Below are positions 36,477-47,742 of a stretch of DNA of 64,000 bases, in pieces. The position numbers and the translations under genes are program-made. The stretch is taken from positions 3,742 to 67,741 of the forward strand of contig CDRNVI010000194.1 of the NCBI GenBank assembly GCA_977017575.1. Direction: 5' to 3'. The first letter of the stretch is position 1. Every line of letters begins with the position of its first letter. The notes beneath the pieces are model-generated. The model did not search any database. It was not told the origin of the DNA and was given only the letters and a program-made list of their open reading frames with translations. The stretch is from Paramoeba atlantica (Eukaryota; Protista; Discosea).

Positions 36477-36925
36477 AAAGTCAAGCTCTCACGCCCATTG
36501 ATTGTCAAGAAACTTCCCAATGAGTTTGCAAACATTTGTCCCTTCCGAGCTCTGAGGGTTTACGTGAATCTGCATCGTAATGACTACCAAAGAATGAATT
36601 CCAAGGGTATTTGGTTGGATTATAATGGAACGAAAGAGGTCAAACCTAGCATGCTAGCAAAATGTACCTGCTACTTGATGAGAGATGCTGGAATCGATCG
36701 AATCTTCAGCTCAGCGACCATTAGACATGCCACCATCACCTTTTGGCAGAATCTAGGCATCCCAATTGGCACAGTCATCGAGAGGACTGGACACAAATCA
36801 ATACCTCTTATCAACAAATACTACAACAAGTCATCCATACAACAGGATATTTTTGCTGACGTCTTCGAGAGGATACGCAATGATGAGAGTTCAGACGAAG
36901 AGTCAGAGGATGTTCGTGAATCGGA

Positions 36926-37007
36926 ACAGTCTTAATATGGCAATTCTTGTTCTTTTATGTGTTGGTCATGTTCAATGACCCAAACATGAGAACAAGAATT
37001 ACATATT
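36926..37007 (+). other. DIRS internal complementary region (ICR)
   Basis: acagtcttaatatggcaattcttgttct is the reverse complement of the left end, joined through tct to tttatgtgttggtcatgttcaatgacccaaacatgagaacaagaattacatatt, the reverse complement of the right end. Confidence 0.95.
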
Positions 37008-37768
37008 CTCACCCACCCACCTCTCCACTAACGACTTCAAAATTTCAGAACACATGAGAAAAAGATACTGAATGGTTTCACGCTGTTTTATTTGGAAGAT
37101 ACCTTCAGTGTGACATTGATGGATTTAAGTATAAATATTGGCACTGAATCAAGTTCATAAAATCTCCAAATAAAACAGTCTTAATATGTAATTCTTGTTC
37201 TCATGTTTGGGTCATTGAACATGACCAACACATAAAAGAGTGCACACAAGCAATGTGCACTACTCTGAAGACACTTGGCTCTCTGCTCTATTCGTTTGAT
37301 CCGACTCTTGATCTTCTCCAAGTCAATTCCCAATCTCCTTCAAGGCGACCCTTGGTCTCCTCCAAGTCGACCTTCTGTGAATCTAAATAAAGAACACCAT
37401 TGATGATGTCATCAGGAAGTTTCTCGCTTTTTCGTGAGACTTCTGAGGACCGCTCTTCAGTTGTCCATTCAACATATTTCTGACACGCCTCCTTTAGTCT
37501 GTACCAAAGTAGATGTGTTCAAGTATTCCTTTTGAGCCTTCAAAAAAAAAATCTGATGTCATATCCACGTGTTCACTCTTGTGGTCTCTCTTTTGATTTG
37601 TTTGTTTTTTGGTTGAATGAGGATGGTGAAGGTTGAAGAAATAGAACAAAAAAGAAAAGGAAAAAGGAAAAAAAGTGTGTATTTGTTATTCTTTTGATGA
37701 TTGGATTGTTTAATTTGAAAGAAAAGGTTGTGTGTTGAAGTTGAAGATGAGGATGTTGTGGAAGGAAA

Positions 37769-37837
37769 CTCTTCAGTTGTCCATTCAATATATTTCTAAC
37801 ACACCTTCTTTAGTCTGTACCAAAGTAGATGTATTCA
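37769..37837 (+). mobile_element. Gypsy-A LTR 3'-end fragment (probably the distal end of copy 4)
   Basis: ctcttcagttgtccattcaatatatttctaacacaccttctttagtctgtaccaaagtagatgtattca matches the last 69 bp of the LTR. Confidence 0.85.
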
Positions 37838-37935
37838 TCTCCTGAGTTTTGATGCCTCTTTCTTTCATCATTTCTTTTATAAAATTTTCCATTTCTTTAT
37901 TGATTTTTCTTCAAAACCAGAAATAATCAGCTTTG

Positions 37936-40900
37936 TTAAAAATGAGAACTAGAATAACAAGGAGTTTCAGGAGTCATAACACACCCTCCATTTCCTGTTT
38001 CAGAACAACATGATGGAAGTGGACAATTGATGTAATTGTGACTCATATCAAGAGTGGCAACCCTACATAACCACTTATCACCTTGAATTGGTCCACTCAA
38101 AAAATTGTAACTCACATTCCTATTTTTTCATTCAAATCAAAAAAAAATTCACTTTTTCAGCAAATGAGAAAAAAAAAGAAGAAAAGAGCATGAGATACAC
38201 ATAGGTAGGAGCAAAGATCTGTTTTCCTTCAGGAAATGACCCTTTCAGTGAATTTGATGATAAATCCCTACCACAAGAACCCCATGATCAGTTTTATCAA
38301 TTCTTCAAAATCACAAAAAAAGAAACAACATACAAGGTAAACCGAAAGTTGTCAAAAAGTTCAGATGGAATTGTTCCACTCAATGAATTCTGATTCATAT
38401 ATCTGAAAGATTAAATTTGTTTGAATAAAATATCCAGAGACAAGAGAAAAAATGAAAAATACAAGTTTGCCAATTCAGTGAGGGCAGTAAGTTGGGTTGG
38501 AATTGTTCCAGATAATGAGTTGTACTGAAGAAACCTGGTTTTTCAAAAAGTAAAATAGAAAAATTCTTTGATTAATTTTTTGATAATGATGTGGTGTCAG
38601 AAAAGAGAGGATTTTTAAACAAAGAGAATCCTTTAAAATAAGATCTGTAACAAAAAGGGGGAAAGAGTAGAAGAGGAAGAGGTAAAAAAATTACAATGAG
38701 TTGAGAGATTTGGATCCAAAATCAGATGGAATTGTCCCAGTCAAAGAGTTATCATTAAGCAATCTACAAACCAAAATAGTTGGTGGGAAGAGAGGAGAGA
38801 ATGAGAGAAATTAGAATTGAAAGAATGCAAAAAAAAGAAAAAAGAAAAGGAGAGAACAAGGAAACCAAATGGGGCATGGCAAAAATTTCGGGTGGAATCG
38901 TGCCATTCAGTTGATTATAGCCCAGCTCCCTTGAAAAAAGAATCATGGAAGAAAGAAAAAAAACAAAAATGAAACCCACATACACTTGTTGTGATTTTTT
39001 ACAATTTGCTAATTCTGATGGGATAGTTCCTGTTAATGAATTATGACCTAACGCTCTACAATCAACCCAGATATGAGAAGTTGTTGAAATGAGAGGATAT
39101 TCAAAAAAAAATGGAAGAAAAAAAAAGGGAGGAAAGAGATACAGCCAATAAAATCCACATTCACTCAATTCAGTTGGGATTGTGCCATTAAATGAGTTGT
39201 CCTCGAAATATCTGGATGAAAAAATTACCAATACAGAGAAAGTCAAACAATTAAAATCTTCAGAGAATAATCTCCAAAAAAAAACATGGGAAAGAAGAAA
39301 AATGAAAATTAAAAGAATTTTCAAACATATATCTTAATGTTGTCAGTTTCCCAACCTCTGTTGGAATAGATCCAGTCAGCAAATTCTTAGAAACATCACT
39401 GAAGAGAACAAAAAAAGAGAATTTTTTCTTTAAGTCAGGAGAAAGGGAAAAAAGTAAAGTAATAGGAAAGAAAAAAAAAAAGAAAAATTCAAAAAGAAAA
39501 ATCATACAATATGGTGAGATGGGTAAGGAGTCCAATTTCAGTTGGGAGAGTTCCTGTGAACGAGTTACTCCCAGCAACACTAAAAACAAGAAAGAAAAAA
39601 TATTAATCTCCCAAACAAAATTTGAGCAAAAAAAGAGAGGATTGAAGAAAAAGAAGGGAAGATGCATCAGAGAAGGGAAGAAGAACCAGAATTTAAGTGC
39701 TGAGATTTCAGCAATTTCAGTTGGAATTGTTCCATTGAACATATTTGTTGAAAAGGTCCTTTTCAACAAATAAGTTAACCACCAAAAATGATTCAAGTGA
39801 AAGAGAAAAGGAAATGACAAAAAAAAAGATACAAGCCAGTAACAGATGAAAGCCTTCTCAGGTCAGTGGGAATCGTTCCTGTGAATCTATTCACGTCAAG
39901 GGCTCTATAAATCAAAGAATAAGTTCAAATTTTTTGAATGTGAAAAAAAAAAGAAAAAAATGAGAAGAGAACAAAAATTTCAAGTTCTCAAATTGGATGG
40001 AATGGTCAAAGATATCTCCATGCAAGTCATTGTTAGAAACATCCCTAAGATGATTCAAAAGGTTTAAGTGATTCATTCAGGAGAGAGAGTAGTTCCCCTC
40101 AAAGAAAAATGGAGATTAAAAAGAATGAAAAGGGGAAAGAAGACAAACAAATGTTCAAGGTTTGAGAGTTGGGTTATATCAACTGGAACTGCTCCTGAGA
40201 GTCGATTTGATCTAAGGGCTCTTTGAAAATGATATTTTGATAAGATTAGAAAACCAATATGAACTCATTAGGAGAAAAGAAAATTATCCTCCTCTCCAAA
40301 AATAACAACCATCCAAAACAAAAGAAAAAAAAAGTTAAACAAGAGGGTTAATCGAGAGAGTTCCCCGATTTCAGTTGGAATGGTTCCAGAGATATTATTA
40401 TATCTCAAATCCCTATGGAGAAAGAAGGAAGAAGAGAGAATCAACAAAAAGAGAGACAAGATAAAGAAAAAAAAAAGAAAACATGTCGGTCATATGAAAA
40501 AGGCCCCCAATATCACTTGGAAGAGTACCATCCAATTTGTTCGAAAGCAATTTTCTAAAAAAAATGAGAGATCTGAACGAAAGAAATCTTTTTTCTCTCT
40601 CCTTCTTTCTTGAACAAGAAAGCAAAAAACTTACAAAGATTTAACGTGTGAACTCAAACAGGAAACACCATGCCATCGATTGGAACAAGGATCACCTGTC
40701 ATCCAATTTTTTTTCTTCTCCCAGTTGGGACCATCTGTTGAATCATAAAGACTTTCTAAAGCTGTACACACCACCAAAATCAGTGACAAAAGACAAAGAG
40801 AAAAGAAGAAGAGAAAAAAGGAAGAAAAGAAGGACGAAAGAGAAACCCAATGTCTCGTTGCTTGTTGTTCCTTGGACAATTGGTGCGAAGATCAGAAACA

Positions 40901-41003
40901 ACAAAACAAAAACCTGAACAAGAAAAAGTTTCAAATAATTGGAAGAATTCTTTCTTTCAACTTTCTTTCCACAAACCATTGAAATAAAGAGAAACTTTCT
41001 CAT
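37936..41003 (-). CDS. Secreted plant-type LRR protein, paralog A (multi-exon)
   Basis: Hydrophobic leader (VFVLLFLIFAPIVQG), LRRNT_2-like ALESLYDSTDGPNW...GDPCSNRWHGVSC, repeated 72-nt exons of the LxxNxLsGtIPxeIgxLxxL type, Cys-rich end NCPLPSCC...PCYSSSHF*; no TM or kinase seen. Start codon uncertain. Confidence 0.85.
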
Positions 41004-42368
41004 GTTGGCTTCTTTGTTCCAGAGACCGAGAGAGAAAAAGAGAGAAAAAGTTTTCTTCCAGGAAATCTTCCAGGAAAGATTTTCTGTCCGCACAGCGGAA
41101 AAAAACAGCCGCAAATTCACACATACGGCAAGAAAAGGGACCTTTTGTTAAGGCGATCTTTGTCACCGCTACTTTCTTGGAAGGGAGCTCTCCATTGACC
41201 AAAAAAGGGGAAAAATGGTTTGGTAATTTATCTCGAACGGCGTTCGAGAAATGAACGAGTTTTTCTTTCTGTCCTGAGATGATTCAACAACATCCAGATA
41301 AAGTTTCTTTGTCAAAAGTGGTGGTTGGGACACCTTTCTTAATTTTTCAGGAGGAGGATCACTTGGAAGGTTTTCAGAAATTTCGAAAATTCAAAACCTT
41401 TCAGTTTGTTTCAAGTATGAAAATCTCCCCTTCTTCTCTCCCCTCCTGTTTTCGTTTCCTCATCGAAAATGTTCGGAAAAACGCTTCCTACAAACTGAAG
41501 TTTAGATATCTTGGAATGAATATAAGATGTCCTTTTGCTCAGAAGTGATGGGCACTTCGAGATTTCATGCCCACTTTCAGAACCTTTAAAAAGGCCAAAA
41601 CCCATAAAATCAAACACACAAACAAAAAAATCAAAAAACTAATTCCAACAAATTGTAGAGAATTCCAAAAGGAACCTTGTCATAAAATTACAGCAACTTC
41701 TTGGCAAGAATCGAACACAAAACTGTGGCCACAAAAAACAAGGAATTCAACAGCGAAGAAAGCGGCAAACGCACACAAAAAAAAGAACGAAACTTCGTCC
41801 ACAATAGGGTGTTTCAAATCAACATCGTTTTTTACTGTTGTGTCCGGAAAGAAAAGTTGACGCGGAATTTTATTCACTGAATCAGATGTTTCAGGACCGT
41901 GAAAATGAAATTTTTCACTTCAAGACATTGCGAAAAAAAAGATGGATGCAATGATTGTCATGGCGCGATGATTGTCACAAAGCAACCTATTCGCAAATAA
42001 TTCAAAGAAAGGTTTGGGGAAAGAGGAAAACTAATTCCAAAAACAATTTGATCATCAAAAGTTTTTGATAACTTGAACTCAACAGAGTTTCGTTTTCATT
42101 TTTTTTTTGAGCTGGTTTGATATTTTTTGGAGACATTTTCGGTTTCATTTTAAAAAAGAAAAAAAAAAAAAGAAAAGAAATTAAAAAATAAAATCTTCAA
42201 TTGGATGATTAATTCAACAATATTCTGGTCTGCAACATCAAGCACTGTTTTGCCATCCTAATACAATAATAAGAACAACTTAAACAATTAAAAAGTTCTT
42301 ACAATTTTACTAAATTAAAAATAAAAGTAATCTTTCATTTTTATTATCTTCAGAAACAATCAGCTTTG

Positions 42369-45300
42369 TTAGAAATGAGAACTAGAATAACAAGGGGTTT
42401 CCGGAGTCATGACACACCCTCCATTTCCTGTTTCAGAACAACATGATGGAAGTGGACAATTGATGTAATTGTGACTCATATCAAGAGTGGCAACCCTACA
42501 TAACCAATCATCACCTTGAATTTGTCCACTCAAAAAATTGTAACTCACATTCCTATTTTTTCATCCAAATCAAAAAAGAATTCACTTTTTCAGCAAATAG
42601 GGAAAAAAAGAAGAAAAGAGCATGAGATACACATAGACAGGAGGAGAGAGCTGTTTTCCCTCAGGAAATGACCCTTTCAGTGAATTTGATGATAAATCCC
42701 TACCACAAGAACCCCATGATCAGTTTTATCAATTCTTCAAAATCACAAAAAAAGAAACAACATACAAGGTAAACCGAAAGTTGTCAAAAAGTTCAGATGG
42801 AATTGTTCCACTCAATGAATTCTGATTCATATATCTGAAAGATTAAATTTGTTTAAATAAAATATCCAGAGACAAGAGAAAAAATGAAAAATACAAGTTT
42901 GCCAAATCAGTGAGGGCAGTAAGTTGGGTTGGAATTGTTCCAGATAATGAGTTGTACTGAAGAAACCTGGTTGATTAATTTTTGATAATGATGTGGTGTC
43001 AGAAAAGAGAGGATTTTTAAACAAAGAGAATCCTTTAAAATAAGATCTGTAACAAAAAGGGGGAAAGAGTAGAAGAGGAAGAGGTGAAAAAATTACAATG
43101 AGTTGAGAGATTTGGATCCAAAATCAGATGGAATTGTCCCAGTCAAAGAGTTATCATTAAGCAATCTACAAACCAAAATAGTTGGTGGGAAGAGAGGAGA
43201 GAATGAGAGAAATTAGAATTGAAAGAATGCAAAAAAAAGAAAAAAGAAAAGGAGAGAACAAGTTAACCAAACGGGTCATGGCAAAAATTTCGGGTGGAAT
43301 CGTGCCATTCAGTTGATTATAGCCCAGTGCCCTTGAAAAAAGAATCATGGAAGAAAAAAATTGAAAGAGGGGGGATTTTAATCAATGGGAAAGAAAAAAA
43401 ACAAAAATGAAACCCACATACACTTGTTGTGATCTTTCACAATTTGCTAATTCTGATGGGATAGTTCCTGTTAATGAATTATGACCTAACGCTCTACAAT
43501 CAACCCAGATATGAGAAGTTGTTGAAATGAGAGGATATTCAAAAAAAAAAAATGGAAGAAAAAAAAAGGGAGGAAAGAGATACAGCCAATAAAATCCACA
43601 TTCACTCAATTCAGTTGGGATTGTGCCATTAAATGAGTTGTCATCGAAATATCTGGATGAAAAAATTACCAATACAGAGAAAGTCAAACAATTAAAATCT
43701 TCAGAGAATAATCCCCCAAAAAAAAAACATGGAAAGAAGAAAAATGAAAATTAAAAGAATTTTCAAACATATATCCTAATTTTGTCAGTTTCCCAACCTC
43801 TGTTGGAATAGATCCAGTCAGCAAATTCTTAGAAACATCACTGAAGAGAACAAAAAAAGAGAATTTTTTCTTTAAGTCAGGAGAAAGGGAAAAAAGTAAA
43901 GTAATAGGAAAGAAAAAAAAAAGAAAAATTCAAAAAGGAAAATCATACAATGTGGTGAGATGGGTAAGGAGTCCAATTTCAGTTGGGAGAGTTCCTGTGA
44001 ACGAGTTACCCGCAGCAACACTAAAAACAAGAAATTTGGGAGATTAAAGAAATTTGAGCAAAAAAAGAGAGGATTGAAGAAAAAGAAGGGAAGATGCATC
44101 AGAGAAGGGAAGAAGAACCAGAATTTAAGTGCTGAGATTTCAGCAATTTCAGTTGGAATTGTTCCATTGAACATATTTGTTGAAAAGGTCCTTTTCAACA
44201 AATAAGTTAACCACCAAAAATGATTCAAGTGAAAGAGAAAAGGAAATGACAAAAAAAAAAATACAAGTCAGTAACAGATGAAAGCCTTCTCAGGTCAGTG
44301 GGAATCGTTCCGGTGAATCTATTCACGTCAAGGGATCTATAAATCAAAGAATAAGTTCAAATTTTTTGAATATGAAAAAAAAAAGAAAAAAATGAGAAGA
44401 GAACAAAAATTTCAAGTTCTCAAATTGGATGGAATGGTCAAAGATATCTCCATGCAAGTCATTGTAAGAAACATCCCTAAGATGATTCAAAAGGTTTAAG
44501 TGATTCATTCAGGAGAGAGAGTAGTTCCCCTCAAAGAAAAATGGAGATTAAAAAGAATGAAAAGGGGAAAGAAGACAAACAAATGTTCAAGGTTTGAGAG
44601 TTGGGTTATATCGACTGGAACTGCTCCTGAGAGTCGATTTGATCCAAGGGCTCTTTGAAAATGATATTTTGATAAGATTAGAAAACCAATATGAACTCAT
44701 TAGGAGAAAAGAAAATTATCCTCCTCTCCAAAAATAACAACCATCCAAAACAAAAGAAAAAAAAAGTTAAACAAGAGGGTTAATCGAGAGAGTTCCCCGA
44801 TTTCAGTTGGAATGGTTCCGGATATTTTATTATATCTCAACTCCCTATGGAGAAAGAAAGAAGAAGAGAGAATCAACAAAAAGAGAGACAAGATGAAAAA
44901 AAAAAAAAAGAAAACATGTAGGTCATATGAGAAAGGCCCCCAATATCACTTGGAAGAGTACCATCCAATTTGTTCGAAGACAATTTTCTATAAAAAAATG
45001 AGAGATCTGAACAAAAAAGAAAGAAAGAAATCTTTTTTCTCCCTCCTTTCTTTTCTTGAACAAGAAAGCAAAAAACTTACAAAGATTCAACGTGTGAACT
45101 CAAACAGGAAACACCATGCCATTGATTGGAACAAGGATCACCTGTCATCCAATTTTGTTTCTTCTCCCAGTTGGGACCATCTGTTGAATCATAAAGGCTT
45201 TCTAAAGCTGTACACACCACCAAAATCAGCGACAAGACAAAGAGAAAAGAAGAAGAAGGACGAAAGAGAAACCCAATGTCTCGTTGCTTGTTGTTCCTTG

Positions 45301-45429
45301 GACAACTGGGGCCAAGATCAGAAATAACAAAACGAAAACCTGAACACGAAAAAGTTTCAAATAATTGGAATCATTCTTTCTTTCAACTTTCTTTCCACAA
45401 ACCATTGAAATAAAGAGAAACTTTCTCAT
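42369..45429 (-). CDS. Secreted plant-type LRR protein, paralog B
   Basis: Colinear near-identical copy of 37936-41003 with the same exon structure. Confidence 0.85.
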
Positions 45430-45486
45430 GTTGGCTTCTTTGTTCCAGAGACCGAGAGAGAAGAAGAGAGAAAAAGTTTTCTTCAG

Positions 45487-47742
45487 CCGGTCTCTTTTAG
45501 CACTCTATAAGAAACCAAGAAAAGCTAAAATTTAATTTTAAGGCCTTATTCAAATTGGATTGCAATAAAAGTTTATTTTGAACAAGAAGAACACAGAAAA
45601 CTCATTCGTCTGTTTGAAACACCCCGTCCCTTCAATCCATGGCATCTTGAACATGTGGGTGCATTACATGCCACACAAAGAAGAGTTTTCTCCTTGTAAA
45701 TTTTCGAGGAACAACTGAGACATGAGACCTTTTGAGACTTTTTTCGTCTTTTTCGGGGTTTTTGACTTCTTTCACTTCTTTCACTTTCCTCACTTTCTTT
45801 TTTCTTCTCTCGACGTTTTCTTTTTCTCTCATTTTTTTCTCTGATTTCTTTTTCTTTTTGACATCTCTTCTCTTCTGCAATCTCTTCTTCTTGGACCTCT
45901 CTTTCCTGCCTTGCAATGATATTTAACACATCCAATTCTTCCAAACGAGCAACACAACTCTCACAATCACATCCTTGAATAATTGGTCGAGGGAAAATCG
46001 GATCTGTAGGAAGAGAAGTAGCATATTGCATCAACTGAATTGCAAGATCGCGAAGAAATGTCTCAAAAATGGCTGTCCCATACGAATTCTCTTTTTCAGG
46101 AATTTTATATTTCCCACCCCATTGTTGAAGAGCCCAAATATCCAAATAGAGGGTTAAATGGAGCATTTCAGAGAAAACAATTGAAGAAGATGCAGATCGA
46201 TGAGGGGGAGAGAACCAGGTCATGAATCGATTGAAAGCATCAGAACCAAGCCCAAAGAGACTCGAATATACTGTGTTCACCACCGCCATCTGATTGGACA
46301 AGATTTTCGTTTTTTTTTGTTTTTTTTGTTCAACAGTGAAGCCATTTGAATGGACAGCACGAACACCAAACGACTTCTTGTTACGCTCTCTGTGCCAGTG
46401 CATTGAAATGACTGGACCTGCTTCAGTCACCATGGCAACTTTCTTTGGGAGAACCTTTTTGGTCTTGAGAGGTTCTTCAAGTTTTGAGAGCTTCACTTTT
46501 TTCTCTTTTTTTCCAACTTTCACGACAGCCTTAACATTTTCTTCCTCAATATCTTCTTCATCTTCTCCTTCCTCTCCATCATCATCCCCTTCATCTTCTT
46601 CTTTCTCATTCTCTTTCTTCCTCAGTCCCACAGTATCACCTTCATCAATAATATACGAAATCAATGCTCGCCATTCTCGTTGCCACCACCGTTTGTTCAG
46701 GGAAGTGAAATAAAGAAAATTTTTCTCCTGCAAAAAGGACAATGCAGGACGAGAGGAATAATATGAGTCAAATACCAACCCACTCTCTCCAGGGATCATC
46801 CCCTTTGAAGCCCATTCAAGAATCGATGTTTTCTTTGAGAAAAGGTTGTTGGAATCTTTTGAGGGAAAATCTAGGGGGAGAATCTTGTGGACAAAGGGAA
46901 GAGAGCTTCCATGACATTGAACTGCGCTTTGAATCATCCAGATGACTGGGGTGCCCTTATTCATCCGAATAACATCGCAGTGACCATGGTACTCTTCCTT
47001 TCTCTCATCAAGAATGTTCAAGCAATTTCCAAAATTCACTAATCGAGAGAGATTATCAGTAAAATCAGTTCCCATCAATGAAGTTGGAATTGCAAAAACT
47101 CGTTCCATTTTGGTAAATGCATTCCTCCCTAACAACAATTTCGGGGATTCAGGGAGAGATGGGAAGCGAATAGAGTCATTAAAGGTCTCAGACCACGACA
47201 CACTGTCTTTCCGAACGCATCTGTAGGCGTAGATCCAGATTCGTTGTGCAAGGTAAGCATAAAACCTCTGAAGGGAAATGTACTTCTCATTGACATCTTC
47301 TCGACGATGAAAATATGCATGGCGGATCACCTTTTCTGCTAAGGCAGGAGGGAAAACTTTAACGAACAAATCCGCAGCATTCTGGTGTCAATTTCCAATG
47401 ACAAACGATGGTTGTCGTTTCAGAATCGAAATGGCGTTTTGTGTGAGGCGAAACTTCCGGGAAGAGGGATAAATCGTCCAATCTTTCGTCAGGTCTACTT
47501 TCTCAGACTCCAATGTTGTTCGAGATTTCTTTTTCTTCGTTGCATGTTCCAAAGGGGAGAGCTTTTGGTTGAGCGCAAGTTGGGAACTCATCCTCACCCA
47601 AACAAAAAACAAAAAAAACAAAAAAAAATCATCAATAATTCCTACCTACACTAAAAATATAGTGCAAAGGTCCATACCAATAGCGAATTAATTGTTTATT
47701 TTAGCCTCGCCTGGTTTCTTATAGAGTGCTAAAAGAGACCGG
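45487..47742 (-). mobile_element. piggyBac-like DNA transposon (2256 bp including terminal CCGG)
   Basis: Perfect 31-bp inverted match ccggtctcttttagcactctataagaaacca (45487-45517 / 47712-47742), extending imperfectly to gctaaaa; encloses one transposase frame. Confidence 0.92.
45573..47591 (-). pseudogene. piggyBac-family DDD transposase, 672 codons, one in-frame TGA at 47388-47390
   Basis: ILDERKEEYHG, LVFDSYYSS and YSSLFGLGSDAFNR match the piggyBac IDE / FDNxFTS / YN..MGGVD triad; C-terminal CLSC...CVACNAPTCSRCH Cys-rich domain; MSSQL...IGN*HQNAADLFVK is one frame. Confidence 0.88.

Larger units (their letters stand above)
30381..36935 (+). pseudogene. DIRS tyrosine recombinase split by Gypsy-A copy 3 (30381-31184 + 36495-36935)
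   Basis: ISIAGRNSDV (catalytic R), YKWKTK, SATIRHA, TGHKS..LINKYY; the halves join in frame as VEKVKLSR|PLIVKK. Confidence 0.93.
20906..37239 (+). mobile_element. DIRS1-type tyrosine-recombinase retrotransposon (about 4.4 kb after removing two nested gypsy elements)
   Basis: Left ITR ~20906-21068, right ITR ~37044-37201, right extension 37202-37239, internal complementary region 36926-37007; gag, RT/RH/MT and YR ORFs; AGA at both junctions. Confidence 0.96.
15577..37521 (+). mobile_element. Gypsy-A copy 2 (gag-deleted), split at its PPT by the DIRS element
   Basis: 5' LTR 15577-15857, PBS tggtgatgccgg 15859-15870, pol fragments 16109-20905, 3' LTR 37241-37521; flanks aagtg|tgcac...gttca|agta (4-bp TSD imperfect or register-shifted). 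Confidence 0.95.

Noticed and set aside
21886-47390. TGA read-through or a variant genetic code explaining the many TGA interruptions
   Set aside because: Host genes end in TGA (50305, 53246, 59955), and sister copies show CGA or CAA at the same codons, so mutation explains them.
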